Source of the DNA: an uncultured cyanobacterium
Lineage (GTDB): Bacteria; Cyanobacteriota; Cyanobacteriia; CAKZMO01
NCBI GenBank assembly: GCA_963719515.1
Contig: CAVRCJ010000006.1
Coordinates: 192,001-256,000, forward strand
Length of the DNA stretch: 64,000 nt
Direction of reading: 5' to 3'
Below are positions 1 to 8,269 of this stretch, piece after piece. Under the pieces are notes generated by a model. The model was given only the letters and a program-made list of their open reading frames with translations. It was not told the origin of the DNA and made no database searches. Positions within the stretch are counted from its first letter, which is position 1; each line of letters opens with the position of its first letter. The translations under genes and the position numbers were made by a program.

Positions 1-1488
1 AATATCGCTGCTCAAGCCCCCCGACGCTGCTGGGGATCCTGACCCACCCGAGTATCGGGGTGCCTGCCTCGACGACTCACGGGTGGTGGCCTGTCCATTG
101 CCAGACCAGCTCGACCCTCCCCCATAGCCAGCGGGATGCGTCATGGGCACCTGAGCGATCTCTTCTCCAGGCCGCTGAATAATCATCTCTAGCACGCGCC
201 GCTTGGCCCGAGTATCGATGCCAATCAGCCGGACGTATTCTCCCTGGTGCTCTGCCAAGCATCGCTCTAGGCCGGAGAATACGTCGGACTCTCGGCTGGA
301 CTCAATGGGCGGGCAGGTGTGCCAAGACGAAGTGCGGAACCGGCGCGTGTCGGCATGCTCCATGCCGACGCGGTAGCCTTGGCTGAGGAGCTGTCTGACT
401 TGGTCAACCACCTGGGGCTTGAGCGGACCTGACTGCTCCCGATAGCCACTGCCGTTTCCGTTTTGGGAACTGGAGTATACCGGCTTCTTGACGCTCTGCG
501 TATGGAAGGCCGTTGTTCCGGGGGTGTCTCCAGGGCGCTGGATGATCTCCTCAAACATGCGTCGCTTCGATTGAGTATCAACCCCCAAAAGACGGACGTA
601 CTCGCCCTCATGCTCCGAGAGGCAGCGTTCTAGGGCTTTGATGACGTCACCATCGCGGTTGGACTGGCCCAAGGAGTAGCTGTGCCAGGACGAAGTCTTA
701 AAGCGACGCTTGTCGGCGACTTCAGCGCTAACGCGATAGCCCTGAATGAGCAACCGCCGCACGTGGGAAACTACGCTGGCGTTGAGGTGAGCGGCTTGAC
801 CTGCGTAAGTTGCAGCGGCGTTAGGTAGGGTAGTCATGGTGTGTTGTGTGGATTGATAGCTCTGTTCCAGTTCCTTGCGAATAGCCGTGATGCAGCCGAT
901 ATCTTCAGCGCAGCGGTAGCCACGTCGCAAAGCGTCGTTGACGTCGATCATTTGATGGGCAAATTCAGCGTCGACGGACTGAACATCGGGCAGGCGCTCT
1001 GCCTGCTCTTGCCGCGTGATGATGGAGCCCGACGGCACGTATTTTCCTGCCGGAATCTCCACATCTTGAATCAGGGCATGCATCATTACGATGCAGCCGC
1101 GCCCGACTCGGGCATTAAAAATTGTTGAACGAAATCCAATAAAGCAGTCGTCCCCGATGTAGGCCGGGCCATAGATGAGACACATGTGGGTAATGGAGAT
1201 ATTCTTTCCGATCCACACAGAGTAATTTCGGCCATCGTCCCCGACCACTCGTCCCTGCTCGAGACCATGGATAACCACACCGTCTTGGACATTGCTGCTC
1301 TCGCCGATGTGAAATGGCGTCCCTTGGTCGGCGCGAACAGAGGTTCCTGGGGCTATCAAGACTTTCTCACCCACGTGAACATCTCCAACAATGTTGGAGA
1401 AGGCGTGCACGTAAGCTGACTGATGAATTGTGGGCTTCGCTAAATCCTTAGACCAAGCGGTCGGTGGAGCGGTAGAACCTTGAGCCAT
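1..1488 (-). CDS. ccmM: Carboxysome assembly protein CcmM (gamma-CA domain plus RbcS-like repeats), running off the window start
   Basis: Manual translation from ATG 1488 gives [39 protein letters not shown], followed by two SSU-like domains ([32 protein letters not shown]). It is absent from the ORF track because the stop lies outside the window. It follows ccmL. Confidence 0.95.
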   Translation of the reverse strand, partial: MAQGSTAPPTAWSKDLAKPTIHQSAYVHAFSNIVGDVHVGEKVLIAPGTSVRADQGTPFHIGESSNVQDGVVIHGLEQGRVVGDDGRNYSVWIGKNISITHMCLIYGPAYIGDDCFIGFRSTIFNARVGRGCIVMMHALIQDVEIPAGKYVPSGSIITRQEQAERLPDVQSVDAEFAHQMIDVNDALRRGYRCAEDIGCITAIRKELEQSYQSTQHTMTTLPNAAATYAGQAAHLNASVVSHVRRLLIQGYRVSAEVADKRRFKTSSWHSYSLGQSNRDGDVIKALERCLSEHEGEYVRLLGVDTQSKRRMFEEIIQRPGDTPGTTAFHTQSVKKPVYSSSQNGNGSGYREQSGPLKPQVVDQVRQLLSQGYRVGMEHADTRRFRTSSWHTCPPIESSRESDVFSGLERCLAEHQGEYVRLIGIDTRAKRRVLEMIIQRPGEEIAQVPMTHPAGYGGGSSWSGNGQATTRESSRQAPRYSGGSGSPAASGGLSSDI

Positions 1489-1765
1489 TGTAAATCTCTC
1501 CTGTGTAGCCTGCGATCGCGCACTGGCCGCCTGCGGTAAGCATTTTTGTAAGCACCTTGCTGTGGGTAAACAGCCAGACTTCGAGTCCTACACCATAGAG
1601 GCTACAGCCAAGATACCGCATATTGCATACGGACCCCGATTGCAACCCTGGAGACGTTAAATAAACTTTACGCATCTACTCAGCGACCGCCCTCGGAACG
1701 CGCTCAAAGCCTCAAAAGCGTCGCGACCCCTCTTAATGCTGCGGTTTCCACCACTGCACGCCAAT

Positions 1766-2068
1766 CTATCGTTCCTCCTCGCGCTTACTGTACAGGAACT
1801 GGCGATCGACGCTGATCGTGTCGATAATGCCGACCACTAGCGCGTCCAGCGGACGACGCTCCCCACTGTCAAACTGGCGGGCCGCACTTCCTCGACTCAC
1901 CAAGACCCATTCATTGACCCCAGCGCCGACGTTGTCGGCTGCTACCTCATACTCGTCTAGTTCGTTGCCGTTCTCATCTACAAACTGAACCAGGAGAAAT
2001 TTAACTCCGGTCAGACTTTGCTCTTTCTGGGTGCTCACGACAGTACCGCGAACTTTAGCAATTCGCAT
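1766..2068 (-). CDS. ccmL: Carboxysome shell vertex protein CcmL
   Basis: MRIAKVRGTVVSTQK...VAADNVGAGVNEWVLVSRGSAAR, EutN/CcmL signature. Confidence 0.97.
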   Translation of the reverse strand: MRIAKVRGTVVSTQKEQSLTGVKFLLVQFVDENGNELDEYEVAADNVGAGVNEWVLVSRGSAARQFDSGERRPLDALVVGIIDTISVDRQFLYSKREEER

Positions 2069-2335
2069 CAGGCAGTTTATCTCATAGTTGATGGACTAAC
2101 GCCGCGATTTTGTGCAAGGACAGCGCCCTAGACAACTTGCGGCAGCTACTGCTTCTAAATCGAAATAAAGTAGAGGCAATGCTGCCGTCTTTGACCGGAC
2201 GCTACTCCGAAAGAAACGCGGACCGTCAGGGGCAAGTTGGCGAATTACAGACTTGCCCTATCGACAGCGATGCCCAATACAGCAAAAGCCCATAGCGATC
2301 GCTTCCCGGCTAACGCAGTAGTTGAGGATGAGCGC

Positions 2336-2644
2336 CTAGCTTCTAAACTGCTCTACGGCCTCGGTATAGCGAATCGGCAACACGTACTCCAAGTTCTCGT
2401 GAGGCCGCGCAATAATGTGGGTCGACAGGACTTCACCCCCGTTGACGCGCTTTGCGTTTTCGATGCCAGCCGCCACAGATGCCTGAACCTCGGAGACATC
2501 ACCTCGCACGATTACCGTCACGCGGCCACTTCCAATTTTCTCGTAGCCCACCAGCGTCACCCGTGCCGCCTTCACCATGGCGTCAGCCGCCTCAACGACC
2601 GCGGGAAATCCAAGAGTTTCTACCATTCCAACTGCAATCGGCAT
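2336..2644 (-). CDS. ccmK2: Carboxysome shell hexamer CcmK (102 aa, K2-like)
   Basis: [43 protein letters not shown] domain; lacks the K1 C-terminal extension. Confidence 0.93.
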   Translation of the reverse strand: MPIAVGMVETLGFPAVVEAADAMVKAARVTLVGYEKIGSGRVTVIVRGDVSEVQASVAAGIENAKRVNGGEVLSTHIIARPHENLEYVLPIRYTEAVEQFRS

Positions 2645-3006
2645 TAGTTATCTCCTAAAGCTTTAGATACGCAAGGTTTAGTCTGGGCGCTTGAGAAAAT
2701 TGGCAACCACTCGGCATCGTCTTACCGCATGATCTACTCAAGCACTCCCAGAGAAACGTTGCTAAAAATTACCAAGCTTAAGAATACAGGCCCGCTTCGA
2801 CGTTTGGCAATATAACTTAGAATGATTATTTCAAATCCTTCCAATAAGATAATCTCATATACACCTAAAAGCCATCACCAGCTCAAATGTTTGACAGACG
2901 GTGATACATCTAATTGCTTGTTAATTATTTTTAATAATTTAGAACAGTTGATGTGGCCTCTATGCTGTACCTAGCTTTCAGAAAAGGCTAGCTCAAGATT
3001 GAATTT

Positions 3007-3042
3007 GCAGGGGCGCGAAAGCGATCGCTTTCGCGCCCCTGC
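3007..3042. repeat. Perfect 36-bp palindrome centred on HIP1, REP-like
   Basis: GCAGGGGCGCGAAAGCGATCGCTTTCGCGCCCCTGC equals its own reverse complement. Confidence 0.85.
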
Positions 3043-3344
3043 CGATACCCCCAGTAGCGCAGAAGTAGCGCAGACTCGAAAAACTATCTAGAGTTGAGCT
3101 TCCGCCGAAGGCCTCTTCAATTATCGTCCCGTTCTCCTGGTAAGCTAAGGGGTAGCCCAGATAGACGTCACGACGGTTGCTGGCCCAATCGCCGAGACGG
3201 GGTTGAGTCTTGGACAATTGGCGTTTGGCCTTTGCGCCAAAGCTGCTCCACGCATCAAAGTTAAAGGGTGCTGGAGCCGTTAGCGCATGCTGCAACTCGC
3301 CCTTGCTGCGGCTCAAATACAGTTTTTAGGATGAAGCGATCGCG

Positions 3345-5213
3345 ATGATGCAGGCGCTGCTGCAATCAAGTTGGTGTGTTCCTCTCTATGGGTTGCTCGG
3401 CACGCTGTTGACCTTGCCCTGGTCCATTGGGCTCGTGCGCCGAACTGGCCAGCGACCCGCAGCTTACGTCAATTTGCTGACAACGGTGCTGGCGTTCATC
3501 CACGGGGCGATCGCCTTTAGCTTAGCTTGGGGGCAGCCTCCCCAGCATCTCGTGTTCCAGTGGCTCCAGGTTGCCGATCTCGATCTTCCTTTGGTAGTTG
3601 AAATCTCTGCTACCAGTCTGGGAGCAATGCAGCTCGTGGCGGGAATTAGTCTTCTGGCCCAGCTGTACGCCTTGGGCTACATGGAGAAAGATTGGTCCCT
3701 GGGTCGGTTTTTCGGGCTGATGGGCTTTTTCGAGGCGGCGCTGAGCGGCATTGCCATCAGCGACTCTTTGTTCTTGAGCTATGGCCTTCTTGAGGCTTTA
3801 ACGCTGTCCAGCTACCTCCTAGTTGGCTTTTGGTATGCCCAGCCTCTAGTCATTACCGCCGCCCGTGACGCTTTTTTGACCAAGCGCGTCGGCGACATCA
3901 TTTTGCTGATGGGCTTAGTTGCCCTATCGAGTTTTGGAGAGGGGCTGACCTTCTCAGATCTGCAGACTTGGGCGGAAACGACGCCACTGCCGGCTTCAGC
4001 GGCAGCGTTGTTAGGACTCGCCCTAATCGCTGGCCCCACCGGAAAGTGCGCTCAATTTCCGCTAAACCTATGGCTCGATGAAGCCATGGAAGGGCCCAAC
4101 CCTGCCGGAATTATGCGGAACTCGGTAGTGGTTTCGGCGGGAGCCTACGTGCTGATTAAGCTACAGCCGGTGTTCACCCTGTCGCCTATATCTGCAGACG
4201 CCTTGATCATCATCGGCAGCGTTACGGCCGTTGGAGCCTCTCTGGTGAGCGTCGCTCAAATCGACATCAAGCGCACCTTGTCCCACTCTACTAGCGCCTG
4301 GATGGGGCTAGTGTTTGTGGCTGTTGGGGTGGGTCAGGTGGATGTGGCGCTGCTGCTGCTGCTGGTACACGCCATGGCGAAAGCGCTGATGTTCATGAGC
4401 ATCGGTGCTGTTATCTTCACCACTCACAATCAAAACATGACGGAAATGGGTGGGCTGTGGTCGCGGATGCCGGCCACAACAACCGCCTTTGTCGTGGGTA
4501 GCGCCAACCTCATCGCCTTGTTTCCCTTAGGGGCGTTTTGGATTGTGCAGCGCTGGGCGAGCGGCAGCTGGATTATGCCAACCTGGCTTTTGGGGCTGCT
4601 TTTGGTTGTCAATCTGCTAACGGCCCTCAACCTGACGCGGGTGTTTCGCCTCGTGTTTTGCGGTGCGCCTCAGCCCAAAACGCGGCGAGCGCCGGAGGTG
4701 TCTTGGCCCATGGCGTTGCCCATGGTTAGCCTGACGGTTATCGTGGCGCTGTCGCCGCTGATTCCGATTCGGTGGCCGCTGCTGCTCACGCCTTCCATTC
4801 CCCTACAGATTGCAAGCTCTACTGAGGTCCACCTGTCGGTGCTGCTCATTTTGCTGTCTGGGCTGATTGGCTGCATTTTGGGAGCCACTATAGAGCTGCG
4901 GCGATTTTGGGCGCGCCCGGCAGGGGTCACGCTTCGATTTATGCAGGATCTGCTGGCGTATGATTTTTACATTGAGCGACTTTACGATAGAACCGTGATC
5001 TGGCCGGTCAGCGCGATCGCCAAGATCACCACCTGGTTTGATCGCTATGTGGTTGACGGAGCCGTCAATCTGGTGGGCGTAGTCACCGTGTTTGGCGGTC
5101 AGGCGCTCAAGTACAGCGCTTCGGGGCAGCCGCAGTCCTATGTCCTCACAATTTTGGTGGGCGTCGGCGTTTTACTGCTGGTCACCGTCGGCTGGAGCGG
5201 CTGGATTTTTTAA
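3345..5213 (+). CDS. ndhF4: NDH-1 CO2-uptake subunit NdhF4
   Basis: NuoL/ND5-like membrane protein (GKCAQFPLNLWLDEAMEGP, ARDAFLTKRVGD) in operon with ndhD and cupB. Confidence 0.92.
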   Translation: MMQALLQSSWCVPLYGLLGTLLTLPWSIGLVRRTGQRPAAYVNLLTTVLAFIHGAIAFSLAWGQPPQHLVFQWLQVADLDLPLVVEISATSLGAMQLVAGISLLAQLYALGYMEKDWSLGRFFGLMGFFEAALSGIAISDSLFLSYGLLEALTLSSYLLVGFWYAQPLVITAARDAFLTKRVGDIILLMGLVALSSFGEGLTFSDLQTWAETTPLPASAAALLGLALIAGPTGKCAQFPLNLWLDEAMEGPNPAGIMRNSVVVSAGAYVLIKLQPVFTLSPISADALIIIGSVTAVGASLVSVAQIDIKRTLSHSTSAWMGLVFVAVGVGQVDVALLLLLVHAMAKALMFMSIGAVIFTTHNQNMTEMGGLWSRMPATTTAFVVGSANLIALFPLGAFWIVQRWASGSWIMPTWLLGLLLVVNLLTALNLTRVFRLVFCGAPQPKTRRAPEVSWPMALPMVSLTVIVALSPLIPIRWPLLLTPSIPLQIASSTEVHLSVLLILLSGLIGCILGATIELRRFWARPAGVTLRFMQDLLAYDFYIERLYDRTVIWPVSAIAKITTWFDRYVVDGAVNLVGVVTVFGGQALKYSASGQPQSYVLTILVGVGVLLLVTVGWSGWIF

Positions 5214-5297
5214 GGGGATAGTGAGCCTTGTGGTTTTCAGTGATCAAGACAACCTAGGCGTCGTAGAGACACCAAACTTTTGTGGGAGCGCGCGTTG

Positions 5298-6827
5298 ATG
5301 CTGAGTGCACTAATCTGGTTACCGCTGCTGGGGGTCGTCGTGCTCAGCGTTTTGCCCAAGGCCGAGGACCAGCGATTTCGGCAGACGACGCTGGTAATAT
5401 CGACCATCATGCTGGTTTGGACGATTGTACTGGGGGCGCAGTTTGAGATAGCGCCAGGGCTGCAGTTCTCAGAAGATATCCCCTGGATCACCAGTATCGG
5501 GCTGAGCTATCAGCTCGGCCTAGATGGCCTCTCTCTGCCCCTGGTGGTGCTCAGCAATTTTTTGACGGTGATTGCCGTACTCAGCAGCGATCGCAAACTC
5601 ATCCGCCCCCGGTTCTACTACGTGATGATTTTGCTGCTCAATGTGGGGGTAACGGGGGCATTTTTGGCTCAAGACGTGCTGCTGTTTTTCCTGTTCTACG
5701 AGTTGGAGATCATTCCCCTCTACTTCTTAATCGCAATTTGGGGAGGGGCCAAGCGGGGGTACGCAGCCACTAAGTTTTTGATCTACACTGCGCTATCGGG
5801 CGTTCTTATCCTCGCCGCTTTTTTGGGATTGGCGTGGCTGACAGAGGCCACTAGCTTCAACTACACCGTACTGCGATCGCTTGCGCCTGCGGTAGGACTG
5901 AGGGCCCAGCTAGTGCTGCTGGGCAGCCTGCTTATCGGCTTCGCCATTAAGATTCCCTTCTTCCCATTTCACACCTGGCTCCCCGACGCCCACGTCGAGG
6001 CCTCTACGCCTATTTCCGTGCTGCTAGCGGGGGTACTTCTCAAACTGGGAACCTATGGCCTGCTGCGCTTCGGCCTGGGGCTATTTTTCGAGGCCTGGCT
6101 TGTTCTTGCGCCCTGGCTAGCGATTTGGGCAGCGGTGAGCGCCCTGTACGGAGCCGCCTGCGCCATCGCTCAAACCGACATGAAAAAGGTGGTCGCCTAT
6201 TCTTCTATTGCCCATATGGCCTTTGTTCTGCTAGCTACCGCAGCCACCACGCGGCTGAGCATCGTCGCTGCGGTTTTCCAAATGGTGAGCCACGGCCTGA
6301 TCTCCGCCCTACTGTTTTTGCTGGTGGGCGTGGTGTATAAGAAGACCGGCACGCGAGACGTCAACAAGCTTAAGGGGCTGCTAAACCCGGAGCGAGGGCT
6401 TCCTTTAATCGGTAGTTTGATGATTTTGGGGGTTATGGCTAGCTCCGGGTTACCAGGTCTAGTAGGGTTCATTGCCGAATTTTTGGTCTTTCGAGGGAGC
6501 TTTCCCATCTTTCCGGTTCAGACGCTGCTCTGCATGGTGGGCACTGGCCTAACGGCGGTGTATTTCCTGCTCATGGTGAACCGGGTGTTCTTCGGCAGGC
6601 TTCCCAAAGAGCTCGCCAATTTAGAGCCGGTAACCTGGGGGGAGCGAATGCCCGCGATCGCCCTAGTGGTGCTCGTGCTGGCGTTTGGCCTCAAGCCTGA
6701 CTGGATGCTGCGCTGGAGTGAGCCTGAGGCGGGCTATCTGCTTACTGGTCGGGTGGAAGCTATTTCCTCATATCGATCTCCAGCTCGCCCGTCCTTGTCG
6801 CCTGTCCGTGCGCCCGCGCTCCTGTAG
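5298..6827 (+). CDS. ndhD4: NDH-1 CO2-uptake subunit NdhD4
   Basis: NuoM-like motifs PFHTWLPDAHVEAS and LLNPERGLP; ATG 5298 (MLSALIW) preferred to the upstream TTG. Confidence 0.92.
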   Translation: MLSALIWLPLLGVVVLSVLPKAEDQRFRQTTLVISTIMLVWTIVLGAQFEIAPGLQFSEDIPWITSIGLSYQLGLDGLSLPLVVLSNFLTVIAVLSSDRKLIRPRFYYVMILLLNVGVTGAFLAQDVLLFFLFYELEIIPLYFLIAIWGGAKRGYAATKFLIYTALSGVLILAAFLGLAWLTEATSFNYTVLRSLAPAVGLRAQLVLLGSLLIGFAIKIPFFPFHTWLPDAHVEASTPISVLLAGVLLKLGTYGLLRFGLGLFFEAWLVLAPWLAIWAAVSALYGAACAIAQTDMKKVVAYSSIAHMAFVLLATAATTRLSIVAAVFQMVSHGLISALLFLLVGVVYKKTGTRDVNKLKGLLNPERGLPLIGSLMILGVMASSGLPGLVGFIAEFLVFRGSFPIFPVQTLLCMVGTGLTAVYFLLMVNRVFFGRLPKELANLEPVTWGERMPAIALVVLVLAFGLKPDWMLRWSEPEAGYLLTGRVEAISSYRSPARPSLSPVRAPALL

Positions 6828-6894
6828 GCCTCTACAATAGAGCAGGAGTGTCCCGCAGGGTTCCGTCCATTAGCCGTCATCAGTTATCCACGCC

Positions 6895-8046
6895 ATGGTT
6901 ACCGTCAAGCCATTCTCAAACCCACCCTCAAATCCCTACATCCGTCGACTGGAAGAGGGGGGAGCTTTACTCAGCGACTCTGCGCTCCACCTTGTAGAAG
7001 TGGTGGATATTCTTAAAAGCTATGGCATGGTGCTAGACGCCTATTCCAAAAACTTAATCTACACGGGCGAAACCCAATTCCTCGTCTTTTTTCCGTTTTT
7101 TAAGTACTTCAACGGCGACGTTTCAATTGCTAAGCTCTTCCGGCACTGGCGGCATGATCGCCTCAACTACGAGTATGCAGAGTACTGCGGTAAGTCGATG
7201 TACTGGCACGGCGGCGGCGGATTGGCCGAGTACGTCGATGGACTGACGTTCAAGCCCCGAGTCGAACCCATTATCCAAAACAAGTTTAGGCATAACCCCC
7301 TGGTGCAGGCGCTGCACCGGATATTTCCGGAGTTTCTGCCTGAGCAAATGCGCCTGATGGCTTACTTTCACGGGCTAGGGCAATTTTGGCGGGTAATGAG
7401 CGACATGTTTTTGGAGCTATTCGAGCGCTATCAGCGCGGCGAAATTACCGCTATTCCCGATGTGGTTGACCATATCCGCGATGGGCTGGTGGCGGCGGCC
7501 AGCAACCCGGTGACCTACAGCGTGACGGTGGGCGATGGTCCTTCAGGACCGGCCGCAGGCCATCGCACCTACGACGTCATTCCCAAGTCAGCGGGTCTGA
7601 CCTTTTTGGCAGACCTAGCGGTTCCCTACGTTGAGGCGATCTTTTTTAGAGGCACGCCGTTCCCCGGCACCGTTTCGTACAACGCTCAGGCCTATCAGAT
7701 TCCTCTATACAAGCAGGACTTTGCCTACGGAGCGCTTTACGCCGATCCGCTGCCTATTGGCGGCTCCGGCATCCCACCCACCCAGCTCATGCAGGATATG
7801 CGTCACTTTCTGCCTGAAGACTTGCTCGAAGTCTACCGCAAGGGCACTCGCGGGGAAGACGACCTAAAAGTCAAGATTTGCGAGACATTTCAAAAATCGA
7901 TGTTTTGCGTCACCACCGCCGCGATTCAGGGGCTAGCACCCTTTCCCCTGACCACTCAAGACCCTGCTGAGCAGGAGAAAAATCGCGTCTATCTGCAGGG
8001 TTGGCTGAGCCGACTTCAACCTTCTCGGCTAGAAGACGTACAGTAA
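6895..8046 (+). CDS. cupB: CO2 hydration protein CupB (ChpX)
   Basis: HDRLNYEYAEYC, YGALYADPLPIGGSGIPPTQLMQDMRH; the ~380-aa size fits CupB rather than the longer CupA. Confidence 0.92.
   Translation: MVTVKPFSNPPSNPYIRRLEEGGALLSDSALHLVEVVDILKSYGMVLDAYSKNLIYTGETQFLVFFPFFKYFNGDVSIAKLFRHWRHDRLNYEYAEYCGKSMYWHGGGGLAEYVDGLTFKPRVEPIIQNKFRHNPLVQALHRIFPEFLPEQMRLMAYFHGLGQFWRVMSDMFLELFERYQRGEITAIPDVVDHIRDGLVAAASNPVTYSVTVGDGPSGPAAGHRTYDVIPKSAGLTFLADLAVPYVEAIFFRGTPFPGTVSYNAQAYQIPLYKQDFAYGALYADPLPIGGSGIPPTQLMQDMRHFLPEDLLEVYRKGTRGEDDLKVKICETFQKSMFCVTTAAIQGLAPFPLTTQDPAEQEKNRVYLQGWLSRLQPSRLEDVQ
7535..7561 (+). mobile_element. 27-nt double-hairpin insertion (SDR5-like) in a HIP1 site inside cupB
   Basis: GCG|ATGGTCCTTCAGGACCGGCCGCAGGCC|ATCGC; removing it restores GCGATCGC and keeps the frame. 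Confidence 0.75.
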
Positions 8047-8269
8047 TCGGCGTCAGCGTCAGCCCCTAGGTGCGTGACTTTTGGTCGCTGGCGATCTGCC
8101 GCGACAGATAGACCTGCTAAAGTAATGACAGAACTGCTTCCCAGCGCAGCGATACAGTTGCTCTATATAGTTTGACGCCTTTGCCCTGCTAGCATCTGAC
8201 CTACCCATGGTCTAGCGGTGAATCGTAGCGTCAAACCCTTTTTAGGAGTCTTGCTGATATTGCCGACTT

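Noticed and set aside
77..1419. Short ORFs in the track over 77-1419
   Set aside because: They are alternative-frame or antisense shadows of ccmM.
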